A DNA stretch of 64,000 nucleotides from Candidatus Eiseniibacteriota bacterium (GTDB taxonomy: Bacteria > Eisenbacteria > RBG-16-71-46): NCBI GenBank assembly GCA_033853925.1, contig JAWOLC010000022.1, positions 6,512 to 70,511 of the forward strand, in the 5' to 3' direction. The translations under genes and the position numbers were made by a program. Positions 1 to 9,465 of the stretch are shown here, piece by piece (the stretch's first letter is position 1; each line of letters opens with the position of its first letter). Under the pieces are notes generated by a model, which was given only the letters and a program-made list of their open reading frames with translations, was not told the origin of the DNA and did not search any database.

Positions 1-61
1 GGTGCCAGCGCTCGTGGCCCCCGGCGATCGCCCCCGACTCGAGCACGTTCCCGAGGGTCTC

Positions 62-433
62 ATGTTCGGCTTACTGATCGTCTTCCATCTGCTCATCTGC
101 CTGGCCTTGGTCAGCGTCGTGCTCATGCAGTCGGGAAAGGGTGGCGGGCTCGCGGGCGGCGCCTTCGGCGGCTCGGCTCAGACCGTGTTCGGAGGTCGCG
201 GGGCCACGGACTTCCTGACCCGCGCGACCATGGTGCTCGCCGGCCTCTTCTTCCTCACCTCGCTGATTCTCGCCCTGCTGAGCACGAACATGGCCGGGGG
301 GTCGAAGAGCCTGATCCAGCAGGAAGCGCGCAAGGCATCGAGCAGCGCGCCGGCCCAGCTTCCGGGAGGGCAGGGGCAGCAGGGGACGGGTGGCGCGCCC
401 AGGGCGCCAGCCGCGCCGTCCGGCGGGCGCTGA
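62..433 (+). CDS. secG: Preprotein translocase subunit SecG
   Basis: Two TM helices, motif VLMQSGKGGGLAGGAFGG...FLTRAT; ATG at 62 with GAGGG upstream; followed by tRNA-Leu(GAG), the conserved secG-leuU synteny. Confidence 0.95.
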   Translation: MFGLLIVFHLLICLALVSVVLMQSGKGGGLAGGAFGGSAQTVFGGRGATDFLTRATMVLAGLFFLTSLILALLSTNMAGGSKSLIQQEARKASSSAPAQLPGGQGQQGTGGAPRAPAAPSGGR

Positions 434-453
434 CGCTCGCGCAAGTTGCGATT

Positions 454-538
<85 letters not shown>

Positions 539-544
539 GAATCG

Positions 545-573
545 CGAGGCCTCGCCGAATAGGCGGGGCCTCG
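545..573 (+). terminator. GC-rich hairpin after the tRNA, probable terminator
   Basis: CGAGGCCTCGCC-gaata-GGCGGGGCCTCG inverted repeat; no strong U-tract. Confidence 0.55.
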
Positions 574-797
574 GTGTGTCAGGGGTTGTGCTCGTCTCCT
601 GGGGGCCAGCCGAGGCGATGCGAGAGGGCGTCTGTGCCGCGCTTGTGCGTGCGCAATCCTCTCGGAGCGATCGCGCATGCCACTCGATTCTCCTAACAAC
701 ACTGCGCGGCTGCGGGGTATCCTCGACTCTTGTGGGTGTCGTCCGCACTGGTCGCCGGCCTCGCCTGCGCGGCCGGCGCCTTGCTTGGGAGGCCGCC

Positions 798-986
798 ATG
801 AGAAGACGTTTCCGCGCCCTTCGCGGCAACGGCGGCATCACGGACACGGACCAGAACTCCGCTGACTTCACGATCGTGAACGCGAGCAGCGTCACGCTCC
901 ACAACACGGGCTCGGGGACGAACCCGGGCTGTTTCGTTCCGACGGTCCGGCAGACTTGGGGACGGCTCAAGAGCATCTACCGCTAA
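798..986 (+). pseudogene. C-terminal remnant of a secreted protein (DTDxNSADF motif plus TWGRLKSIYR tail)
   Basis: 62-aa frame ending ...PTVRQTWGRLKSIYR; DTDQNSADF resembles lamin-tail-domain proteins; no signal peptide, so probably truncated. Confidence 0.55.
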
Positions 987-1024
987 GGCGACTCCGAAGA
1001 GGTGTAGCAGTTGGGCGGGTGCCG

Positions 1025-1669
1025 ATGAAGAGATCTCCGCGCTTCTGGATCTTCTTGGTCGTGCTCGGGGTCGTCGCGTTCGGGCGGTTGGACGTCGCCC
1101 TCTACACGGCGCCCGGCGGCCGGCAGGTCCATGTCCCGCACCGGCAGGACTTCGACAGTCCACCCCTCGTCCTCGGTCTCCCGACGGACGGCTGCCGCGT
1201 CTTCGTCGGGAACCAGAGTTCGGGCGTTCCGCTCTCGTGGAGGTGGACCGGCCAGTGCGTGGACATGTGCCAGGACACGATTGGGCCCGCGGCCATAGAA
1301 GGGAAGGCCGCCGTCCTGGCCCTCTCACCGGGCCCCGGGCTGGCGATCGGGTTCCGCAACCCTCGTCTCACGCTTTTCGGCTTCACCTGGCGCCGTCCGG
1401 TCCTCACCTCGGTCGCGTTCGTCTTCCCGGCCATCGAGTTGAGGCGGTGCGAGTGCGGCATCCTCGTGCTGCAGGCACCGGATGGACGCGCATTGATGTG
1501 GCTCCTCGTCTGGAACTCGTTCGCGCGATCCGAGGGCGGGTTGGACTTCATGACGCCGAGCCGGAGACAGGTGGGACTGCTGTGGCCAACGTGGGGAGGA
1601 GGCTGGGGCGTGTGGATCTGGAACTTGCTGGTGCAGCAGGAATCGCGCTTCGCGACGCCTCCGAGGTGA
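1025..1669 (+). CDS. Hypothetical membrane/exported protein
   Basis: ATG 1025, N-terminal hydrophobic segment (FWIFLVVLGVVAF), Trp-rich; no recognisable family. Confidence 0.5.
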   Translation: MKRSPRFWIFLVVLGVVAFGRLDVALYTAPGGRQVHVPHRQDFDSPPLVLGLPTDGCRVFVGNQSSGVPLSWRWTGQCVDMCQDTIGPAAIEGKAAVLALSPGPGLAIGFRNPRLTLFGFTWRRPVLTSVAFVFPAIELRRCECGILVLQAPDGRALMWLLVWNSFARSEGGLDFMTPSRRQVGLLWPTWGGGWGVWIWNLLVQQESRFATPPR

Positions 1670-1809
1670 CCGGAGACCTGCGTTCGGCGGCGGGGTCGGA
1701 CGCGGACATGAAGAAGCTGTAGCGGCGATCGTCCCGAGCCCGAACGCCAAGAGCCACGCGAGGCGATCGCGTGGCTCCTTCGCTTGCGGGCCCGGGGGGC
1801 CTCCCGCCC

Positions 1810-2325
1810 TCAGAGGATCTCGCGCACGAACCCCTCGAGGGTCTCCCGGTCCACGTAGCCCACCAGCCGCCGGACGATCCGGCCCCGCCGGTCGATGAAG
1901 ATCGTGGTGGGGATGGAGCGGATGGGGCCGTACTCGTCGAGCATCTTCTCCGGGGCCATGCCGACCGGGAAGTGCACCCGCAGCCGGTCGGCGAAGGCCC
2001 TGACCTGGTCGGGGGAAACGTCGTCCACCGACAGACCGACCACCTGGAGTCCCTGCCTGCCGAAGCGGTCCTGCATGGCGCTCAGGTGCGGCATGCTAGC
2101 CCGGCAGGGCGCGCACCAGGTGGCCCAGAAGTCCAGCACGAGCGGGCGGCCGCGGAGGTCGGCCAGGCGCAGCGTGCGGCCGTCGAGCGTGCGGATGGTG
2201 AAGTTACGAGCCGGCTCGCGCGTCCTCCTGGGGATGGCGAAGTGCTCCCAGCCGAGGGCTGCCCCCGCCAAGGCCGCGACCAGGACCGCCGGGACAGCGA
2301 TTCCGATAAGCCGATTCTTCGTCAT
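1810..2325 (-). CDS. TlpA/ResA-family thiol-disulfide oxidoreductase
   Basis: N-terminal anchor, LDFWATWCAPC (CxxC) and IPTTIFID cis-Pro loop. Confidence 0.93.
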   Translation of the reverse strand: MTKNRLIGIAVPAVLVAALAGAALGWEHFAIPRRTREPARNFTIRTLDGRTLRLADLRGRPLVLDFWATWCAPCRASMPHLSAMQDRFGRQGLQVVGLSVDDVSPDQVRAFADRLRVHFPVGMAPEKMLDEYGPIRSIPTTIFIDRRGRIVRRLVGYVDRETLEGFVREIL

Positions 2326-2687
2326 CGATGTCGATCAGCCACGCCGGCCGGGTGCGGTCTCCGAGGGCTCCACCTCACGACTCAACATGAGGGTAGATCA
2401 TTCGAGCCAGGCCTTCCACGCGGGACGCGGCGTTTTTTGCACGGTCTTGATGTGGAGGCTCCGCTCCGGCGGCGCGTGCCGGCAAAGGCCGGCCTTCCCG
2501 CCGCTCGCACGGAGGGCGCCGCCGCCGTGCGGCAAGCGACCCAGAATGCCCCGGGGCGATCTTGAGAGGCCCGGGAGCGTGTGTTAGCGTGCCATGGCCA
2601 GCCGAATTCGACGGCGCGTCGGGGCGCCGGCCAGGGGCCGCGGCCGGGTGCCCTTCCCGACAGATCTTCACAGGGAGCGTGAAGCCC

Positions 2688-3377
2688 ATGGCATTGGGTT
2701 CCTTCATCCTTCAGGCCAGCGTGGGGGTGCGAGCCTCGGTGCCCGCCCTCGTCGCCTCCTCGGGGCTGTTCGCCAAGTTCATCCTCCTGCTCCTCCTCGG
2801 AATCTCCGTCTATAGCTGGGCGATCATCGTCGAGCGGCTGCGGCTGTATCAGCGGGTGCAGCACGACGATCGCGTCTTCTTGACGGGCTTCCGCGCGGCG
2901 CCCAACGCCGACCCGCCCCCGCAGGCGCATCCCGCCAGCATCCTCGCCCGGCTGGCCCACACGGGCCAGCGCACGCTCGGCAATCCGGCGCCGGCGGTGG
3001 CCCCGGACGCCAGCCGCTACGATCTGGCCCAGCGCGCCATGGAGCGGGCGGCGGGCGACGAGCTGGCTCGGCTCGAGCGGCACGTGGGCTTCCTGGCCAC
3101 GGCCGGCAGCGTCTCGCCCTTCATCGGCCTGATGGGCACGGTCTGGGGCGTGATGAGCGCCTTCCTGAGCATCGGCGCCCAGGGCTCGGCCTCGCTCGTG
3201 GTCGTGGCCCCGGGCATCGCCGAGGCTCTGATCACCACGGTGGCCGGGCTCGCCGCGGCGATCCCCGCGGTGGTGGGCTACAACCACCTGCTCGGTCGCC
3301 TGCGCGCGATCGGCAACGTCAGCACGGCCTTCGTGACCGAGTACCTCGACCGGCGGGCGGGAGGTCCGCGGGCGTGA
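2688..3377 (+). CDS. tolQ: TolQ (MotA/TolQ/ExbB proton channel)
   Basis: FLATAGSVSPFIGLMGTVWGVM...VAPGIAEALITTVAGLAAAIPAV; first gene of the tol-pal operon. Confidence 0.93.
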   Translation: MALGSFILQASVGVRASVPALVASSGLFAKFILLLLLGISVYSWAIIVERLRLYQRVQHDDRVFLTGFRAAPNADPPPQAHPASILARLAHTGQRTLGNPAPAVAPDASRYDLAQRAMERAAGDELARLERHVGFLATAGSVSPFIGLMGTVWGVMSAFLSIGAQGSASLVVVAPGIAEALITTVAGLAAAIPAVVGYNHLLGRLRAIGNVSTAFVTEYLDRRAGGPRA

Positions 3378-3781
3378 AGAGCGCCTCCCCGCGCGTCCCC
3401 ATGGCGGAGATCAACGTCACGCCGTTCGTGGACGTGGTGCTCGTGCTGCTGATCATCTTCATGGTGACGGCGCCCTTCCTCCAGGGAGGGCTCGAGATCG
3501 ATCTGCCCCGGGTGGCCACGCGCGGGCTCGACGTCCGTGAAGGCCTGATCGTGAGCGTCCGGGCCGATCGCACGGTGGCCGTGGGGAACTCGATCGTGCC
3601 CGTGGACCGCTTCGAGGACGCCCTCGCGCAGGCAGGCGCCGCCCAGCGCCCCGTGTTCCTCAAGGCCGATCGCGGCGTGCCCTACGGAACGATCGTCGAG
3701 CTGATCGCGCGCATGCGGCGCGTGGGAGTGGCCTCGCTGGGACTGGTGACGCAGCCGCCCCTGAGGGGGACGCGCCCGTGA
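3374..3781 (+). CDS. tolR: TolR (ExbD/TolR family)
   Basis: EINVTPFVDVVLVLLIIFMVTAP motif; overlaps the tolQ stop. Confidence 0.93.
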   Translation: MKSASPRVPMAEINVTPFVDVVLVLLIIFMVTAPFLQGGLEIDLPRVATRGLDVREGLIVSVRADRTVAVGNSIVPVDRFEDALAQAGAAQRPVFLKADRGVPYGTIVELIARMRRVGVASLGLVTQPPLRGTRP

Positions 3782-4431
3782 CCCGCTCGGCGATCGTGGG
3801 CTCCGCGGCCGCCCACGTGGCGATCCTGATCGCGCTCTTCACGGTTCGTCAGGGGGAGCCCCTCATCGTGCCGGGCCCGGACGTGGTGCAGGTGGGCCTC
3901 GTGGAGCCGGGCGCCGTGCCCCGAGTGGCACCCGCGCCGCCGGAGGCCGGGAAGCCGAGCATGAAGGTCCCCGACATCAAGCCGGAGCACGCGGAGGGCG
4001 TGAAGCTGACGCCGCCCAAGAAGCCGGCGGCCAAGAGCCCGCCGGCCCGCGAGGAGGCCCCGGCGCTCGAGGCGCCCGTCCTTCCCTACGCCCAGGTCGG
4101 AGGCGCGGGCCTGAGCGGCGCGGTCGGCGTGGACTCGCGGGACTTCGAGTTCACCTACTACCTCATGCTCGTCCGCAACAAGGTGGCGCAGAACTGGGGG
4201 CCGCCGGCGGGGCTCGAGGCCGGGCGGCCCGTGCAGGCGGTCGTCTACTTCCGCGTGAGCCGCGGAGGAGACGTGTCGTCCATCCGCGTCGAGAGCAGCA
4301 GCGGCTTCGCGTTCTTCGATCAGTCCGCGGTGCGGGCCGTGACGCTCAGCGACCCGCTGCCGCCCCTGCCGCTCGGCTTCCCGGGGTCGGACCTCGGCGT
4401 CCACTTCGGCTTCGAGTACAAGCGGCCATGA
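3778..4431 (+). CDS. TolA/TonB-family energy transducer (short, TonB_C-like domain)
   Basis: N-terminal TM with SxxxH motif (SAAAHV), Pro/Lys linker, C-terminal ESSSGFAFFDQSAVRAV...PLPPLP; occupies the tolA position. Confidence 0.85.
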   Translation: MTRSAIVGSAAAHVAILIALFTVRQGEPLIVPGPDVVQVGLVEPGAVPRVAPAPPEAGKPSMKVPDIKPEHAEGVKLTPPKKPAAKSPPAREEAPALEAPVLPYAQVGGAGLSGAVGVDSRDFEFTYYLMLVRNKVAQNWGPPAGLEAGRPVQAVVYFRVSRGGDVSSIRVESSSGFAFFDQSAVRAVTLSDPLPPLPLGFPGSDLGVHFGFEYKRP

Positions 4432-5735
4432 GAACCGCGGCCGGCCTGACCCTGCTGGCGCTGCTCGCCGCCGCGAGCGCGCAGGCGCAGACGCGGGAGG
4501 TGCGCATCAACATCGCCGGCGGCGGTCGCCGGATCCAGCTCTACTGCGAGGCCTTCACCGCCGGGCCCGCGCCGGCAGGGGCCCCGGCCGCCTCCGCGGC
4601 CGCGGAGGTCCTGGCCGGCGACCTGGAGCAGTCGGCCGTGTTCCTGGTCTCGCGCGCCTGGGCCGGCCAGCCGCCCTTCGACGTGCAGGCGGTGACGGGC
4701 GGGCGCTGGAGCGTGAGCGGCGGGCAGGTCGTGCTCGAGGGCGAGGTGCGCGACTTCCCGGCGCGGCGGCCGATCCTCTCGCGCGTCTACCGGGCGCCGG
4801 CGTCGGCCTGGCGCGCGGCCCTCCATCAGTTCGCCGACGACATCGTGCTCCAGTTCACCGGCGAGCCCGGCGTCGCGAGCACGCGCATCGCCTTCGTGGG
4901 CCAGCAGGGGCGCAGCAAGGAGCTGTTCGTGATGGACGTGGACGGCGGGAACCTGCAAGCCCTCACCGCCGACCGCTCGATCGCGCTCTCGCCCTCGTGG
5001 TCGCCGGACGGCTCCCTGATCGCCTTCGCCTCCTATCGCGACGGCGGCGATCCCCACCTCTTCGTGGTGCCGTCCGGCGGCGGCAAGGTCTATCGGATCT
5101 CGGCCCGCCCCCGGCTCAATTCGAGCCCCGCCTATTCCCCGGACGGCCGCCAGATCGCCTGCACGCTCAGCATGGACGGCAACCCGGAGATCTATCTGCT
5201 CGACGCGCGCGGCGGCTCGCCGCGGCGCCTCACGGACAACCGGGCCATCGACACCTCGCCCTGCTGGTCGCCCACGGGGCAGGACATCGCCTTCACCTCG
5301 GATCGCAGCGGCACGCCGCAGGTCTACGTGATGGACCGCTCCGGCGCCAACGTGCATCGCCTGACCTACGACGTGGACTACACGGATTCACCCGCGTGGT
5401 CGCCCAAGGGCGACCTGATCGCCTTCGTGAACCGCACCGGCTCGGGCTTCGACATCTACGTCTGCCGGCCGGATGGCGGAGGCACGCAACTCGCCGTGAC
5501 CGGCGCCAGCAACGAGAATCCGCACTGGTCGCCGGACGGCCGCCACCTGGTCTTCGCCTCGGACCGGGATGGTCCCTACGCCTTGTACGTCACGGATCTC
5601 GACGGACGGCCGCCTCGCAAGCTCGACACCGGTGGGCACGTCGCCACTTCCCCCGCGTGGTCCCCACGCTTCACCGCCGGAACTGCGGCCGCCAGGAATG
5701 GCACCCAACCCTCAAACCCCGGAGGAAGCCGATGA
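4428..5735 (+). CDS. tolB: TolB beta-propeller periplasmic protein
   Basis: Signal peptide, TRIAFV, repeated P-x-WSPDG (PD40) blades. Confidence 0.95.
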   Translation: MRTAAGLTLLALLAAASAQAQTREVRINIAGGGRRIQLYCEAFTAGPAPAGAPAASAAAEVLAGDLEQSAVFLVSRAWAGQPPFDVQAVTGGRWSVSGGQVVLEGEVRDFPARRPILSRVYRAPASAWRAALHQFADDIVLQFTGEPGVASTRIAFVGQQGRSKELFVMDVDGGNLQALTADRSIALSPSWSPDGSLIAFASYRDGGDPHLFVVPSGGGKVYRISARPRLNSSPAYSPDGRQIACTLSMDGNPEIYLLDARGGSPRRLTDNRAIDTSPCWSPTGQDIAFTSDRSGTPQVYVMDRSGANVHRLTYDVDYTDSPAWSPKGDLIAFVNRTGSGFDIYVCRPDGGGTQLAVTGASNENPHWSPDGRHLVFASDRDGPYALYVTDLDGRPPRKLDTGGHVATSPAWSPRFTAGTAAARNGTQPSNPGGSR

Positions 5736-6259
5736 GAAACCCAGTCCGCGTTCTCTTCGCCCTGCTGTTGCTCGGCGCCGTGACCCTCTTCGCCGCCGGC
5801 TGCGCGAAGAAGGCCAAGGAGGCGCCGCCCACCCCGCCGCCGGCCCCGCCGGTCACGCAGCCCGCGCCGGCACCGACGCCGCCTCCACCACCGCCTCCGC
5901 CGCCGCCGCCGGCGCCCAAGGTGACGGAGAGCGACTTCACCGACGCGTTCTTCGACTTCGATGCGTACGCGCTGCGGGACGACGCCAAGTCCGCGCTCGA
6001 CAAGGATGCGAAGGTGATGCGTGACAACGCCGACGTGAACATCACGATCGAAGGTCACTGCGACGAGCGGGGCACGGTGGAGTACAACCTCGCGCTCGGC
6101 GAGAAGCGGGCCGGCGCGGCGCGCGACTATCTCGTGAACGCCGGCGTGCCGGCGGCGCGCGTGCAGACCGTCTCCTACGGCAAGGAGCGGCCGTTCTGCC
6201 AGGAGCACACGGAGGACTGTTGGCAGCAGAACCGGCGCGCTCACTTCGTCCTTCGATGA
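5732..6259 (+). CDS. pal: Peptidoglycan-associated lipoprotein Pal
   Basis: Lipobox FAAGC, Pro-rich linker, IEGHCDERGTVEYNLALGEKRA and SYGKERP motifs. Confidence 0.96.
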   Translation: MRNPVRVLFALLLLGAVTLFAAGCAKKAKEAPPTPPPAPPVTQPAPAPTPPPPPPPPPPPAPKVTESDFTDAFFDFDAYALRDDAKSALDKDAKVMRDNADVNITIEGHCDERGTVEYNLALGEKRAGAARDYLVNAGVPAARVQTVSYGKERPFCQEHTEDCWQQNRRAHFVLR

Positions 6260-7038
6260 CGGGCAGGCTCTCCGGGGCGAGGGGCGGCGCGCGCCGCCCC
6301 TCGAACCGGCCCTGGGCGCGGGGGACCGCGGTCGTCTGCGGGCTCCTCCTCGCCACGAGCCTTCCCGGCTGCTACGCGCCGCAGCTCACCCTCCTTCGCA
6401 CGGGGCTCGACAGCCTGCGCACGCAGGTGGACACCATGCGGGTGCGGGATTCGGTGGCCTATCGGGTGCTGGCGGACGTGCGCCGCGACCTGTCCGAGCA
6501 GAGGGACATCCTCCTCAGCACGCGGGCCTCCACGGGGAGCACGACGCAGGAGCTGTTCGCCCAGATGGGCCGGCTGGAGGGCAAGCTCGACGAGGTCATG
6601 GGGCGCTTCAACCAGCTCGAGAAGCAGGTCGGGCCGACCCCGGCTGCCCCCGGCGGTCCGGACCCGAATCAGCTCTACGATCAGGCGGCGCAGGACCTGA
6701 CGCAGGGCCGGTACCCGCTCGCCCTGCAGGAATTCCGCGACTACGTGCAACGCTTCCCGGCCACCGATCTCGCCGACAACGCGCAGTACGGCGTGGGCGA
6801 GAGCTTCTTCGCCCAATCGAAGTTCGACAGCGCCGAAGTCGAGTACGAGAAGGTGGAGCAGCTCTTCCCGCAAGGCGACAAGGTGCCAGCCTCGCTGTGG
6901 AAGCTGGCTCTCTGCCGCGAGAAGCTGGGAGAGGCGGCCCAGGCCCGCAGGACCATGGAGGACCTGGTCAAGCGGTTCCCCCTGTCGGGAGAGGCGCAGC
7001 TGGCGCGCGACCGGCTGGCGAAGCCGAAGCGCCGGTAG
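6256..7038 (+). CDS. cpoB: Tol-Pal system protein CpoB/YbgF (TPR)
   Basis: Coiled coil followed by TPR (LADNAQYGVGESFF, DKVPASLWKLA); directly after pal; start uncertain. Confidence 0.9.
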   Translation: MTGRLSGARGGARRPSNRPWARGTAVVCGLLLATSLPGCYAPQLTLLRTGLDSLRTQVDTMRVRDSVAYRVLADVRRDLSEQRDILLSTRASTGSTTQELFAQMGRLEGKLDEVMGRFNQLEKQVGPTPAAPGGPDPNQLYDQAAQDLTQGRYPLALQEFRDYVQRFPATDLADNAQYGVGESFFAQSKFDSAEVEYEKVEQLFPQGDKVPASLWKLALCREKLGEAAQARRTMEDLVKRFPLSGEAQLARDRLAKPKRR

Positions 7039-7051
7039 CGACGGGTCCTGC

Positions 7052-8785
7052 ATGGGCCGCGAAGCGCGATCGGGGGCGGAGCCCTCGCTCCGGGCCCCGA
7101 GGAAGAGGGCGGGTCGCCTGCGCGCCCTGGTTCTCGGCGCTGCCTTGCTGTGGGCGTGCGCGCCGGCGCCGTGCGCCGCCCGGTCGGGGGAAGAGCAACC
7201 GGCGCGCCCCGCGCCCGAGCGCGTGCGGATCCGCCCACGTCTGCGCCGGGCCGAGACCTCGGTCTCGCCGCTCGAGCGCGCTCCCATCGGCCGGATCGTC
7301 GTGCAGCCCGGCAACGTCTACGACCACGACCCCGACGCTCCGCTCGCCTCGGTGCGCCGCCTGGCCAACCGCCTGCACGTCCGCACCCGGCCCGCCACCG
7401 TGCGCAACGAGCTGCTCTTCAGCACGGGCGAGCCCTGGACCGCGCACGCCGCCGAGGAGACGGCCCGCAACCTGCGCGGGCTCGACTACCTGGTGCCCGA
7501 GCGGATCGAGGCGCGGCCCGAAGGGGACTCGGTCAGCGTGACCGTGGTGACGCGGGACCTGTGGACCACCTCGCCCGAGCTGAACGTCGAGACCGTGGGG
7601 GGGACGCGCACCGGCTCGTGGGGCCTGGCCGAGCGCAACCTGTTCGGCTTCGGCAAGTCCGTGTGCTTCCTCTACGCGCAGGGCTCGACGGCCATCTCGC
7701 GCAGCCTCACCTACGACGATCCCAACCTGAGCGGGAGCCGCGTCCGTCTCCACCTCGGCTTCTCGAGGTCGGTCGAGGGAACGGGGCGGAGCTTCGACGT
7801 CGGACGGCCCTTCTATGCCGAGGAGACGCCGCGCTCGTGGGATGTGGCCGCCCAGGCCGCGACGTCCGTGGCGCACCTCTACCAGGATGGCCGGGAGATC
7901 GCCTCCTTCGACCAGCGCCTGGAAGGCTTCCTCCTCGCGCGGGGCTGGAGGCTTCCCGGCGACAGCACCATCGTCCGGCTCACGGGCTCGTTCGAGCTGC
8001 TGGACCGCCGCTACGGGCCGAGCCGACTGGCCCCGGGCGCGCCCGCCGAATTCGCGGGAGGCGAGGAGAACGACCGGCGCCGCATGCTCGGCGCCGATCT
8101 CCTGCTCTGGCGCCCGCGCTACCTGGAGCTGGAGGAGGTGGATCGCTGGGACCGGGTCGAGGACTTCGACGTGGGGCCGTCCGTGCGCCTCAAGGCCGCC
8201 GTGGCGCCGCGGGCTCTGGGCAGCACGGTGGACGAGGGCCTCGTGCAGGCGCAGCTCGCTTGCGGGCTCGAGCGGGCTCTTGGATTCGGCTGGATGCGAG
8301 CCGGGGCGGAGAGTCGCCTGCGCCGCCGACCGCTCGATCAGTACGGCTACGTCGAAGGGCGCTGGTACCTCGTGTCGGCTCGGCACACGCTGGTCCTCGC
8401 GGGCCTCGGGCAGGCCGAGGCGCACGCGTCCCGTCCGTGGCAGCTCGTGGTCGGCGGGCTGAACGGGCTTCGGGCCTTCCCGGCGCAGGCGCTCGCCGGG
8501 AGGCGGCTGTGGCGGCTGAACGTCGAGGAGCGCTGGCTCGCCACGCCGCGGGAGTGGGATCTGCTGCGCGCGGGCACGGCCGTGTTCTACGACGCGGCTC
8601 GCGCCTGGGGACCGGGGGCCGCGGGCACGGGCTGGTTCCAGGACGCGGGCTTCGGAGTGAGGCTGGGCTTTCCCCAGGTCGGCCTGGCCCAGGTGGTGCG
8701 GGTGGATCTCGCCTGGCCGATCGAGCCCACCCTCGGCGGCCGGCGAGAGGCCGTGCTCTCCATCGGCTCCAGCCAGGCGTTCTAG
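7052..8785 (+). CDS. Omp85 (BamA/TamA-like) outer-membrane beta-barrel
   Basis: POTRA-like N-terminus (TRPATVRNELLF, ETARNLRGL), ERNLFGFGK, GLRAFP (VRGY-like) motif, C-terminal Phe (SSQAF). Confidence 0.85.
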   Translation: MGREARSGAEPSLRAPRKRAGRLRALVLGAALLWACAPAPCAARSGEEQPARPAPERVRIRPRLRRAETSVSPLERAPIGRIVVQPGNVYDHDPDAPLASVRRLANRLHVRTRPATVRNELLFSTGEPWTAHAAEETARNLRGLDYLVPERIEARPEGDSVSVTVVTRDLWTTSPELNVETVGGTRTGSWGLAERNLFGFGKSVCFLYAQGSTAISRSLTYDDPNLSGSRVRLHLGFSRSVEGTGRSFDVGRPFYAEETPRSWDVAAQAATSVAHLYQDGREIASFDQRLEGFLLARGWRLPGDSTIVRLTGSFELLDRRYGPSRLAPGAPAEFAGGEENDRRRMLGADLLLWRPRYLELEEVDRWDRVEDFDVGPSVRLKAAVAPRALGSTVDEGLVQAQLACGLERALGFGWMRAGAESRLRRRPLDQYGYVEGRWYLVSARHTLVLAGLGQAEAHASRPWQLVVGGLNGLRAFPAQALAGRRLWRLNVEERWLATPREWDLLRAGTAVFYDAARAWGPGAAGTGWFQDAGFGVRLGFPQVGLAQVVRVDLAWPIEPTLGGRREAVLSIGSSQAF

Positions 8786-8876
8786 CCCGGGCGTGGAGGC
8801 GGAGGCCGCGCGGGGGAGGGCGGTCCTTGACTCCGCTCCACGGGCCCCCGTAGCGTCGGTCGCGAGGAGGAGCGCC

Positions 8877-9359
8877 ATGAACCTGACCGCCGTGCCGCTG
8901 GAGATCCCCGCCGACTGCAACCTCGTCGCCGGGCAGTCCCACTTCATCAAGACCGTGGAGGATCTCGCCGAGATCGTCGTGACCGCCGTGCCCGGCGTGC
9001 AGTTCGGGCTGGCCTTCTGCGAGGCGTCGGGGCCCTGCCTCGTCCGCACGGAGGGCAACGAAGCCGGCCTCGTCGGCGTGGCGGTGGCCAACGCCGAGAA
9101 GGTCGGAGCCGGACACACGTTCTTCCTGCTGCTGAAGGGCGCCTTTCCCATCAACCTCCTGAACGCGATCAAGCTCTGCCCCGAGGTCTGCCAGATCTTC
9201 TGCGCCACGGCCAATCCCGTGCAGGCGCTGGTGGCCGAGACCGAGCTGGGGCGAGGCGTGGCGGGGGTCGTGGACGGCGAGGCGCCGAAGGGAGTGGAGG
9301 ACGAGGCCGCCCGGCAGTCACGGCGCGAATTCCTCCGGCGCATCGGCTACAAGCGGTGA
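8877..9359 (+). CDS. Adenosine-specific kinase family protein
   Basis: GQSHFIKTVEDL, FCEASGPCLVR, GAGH, FPINLLN, IFCATANP motifs; RBS GAGGAG. Confidence 0.92.
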   Translation: MNLTAVPLEIPADCNLVAGQSHFIKTVEDLAEIVVTAVPGVQFGLAFCEASGPCLVRTEGNEAGLVGVAVANAEKVGAGHTFFLLLKGAFPINLLNAIKLCPEVCQIFCATANPVQALVAETELGRGVAGVVDGEAPKGVEDEAARQSRREFLRRIGYKR

Positions 9360-9465
9360 GCGGACCAGCGGCAGGGACTTTCGGATACCCCGCGCCGGCT
9401 CGCCTCGGAGCTGCGGCTGGCATAGACTGCGGAAGAATCCTCGCGCGGAGCGGGGAGATTCGCGG

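Noticed and set aside
5820-5920. CCG-rich repeat in pal
   Set aside because: Encodes an ordinary Pro-rich linker with varied codons
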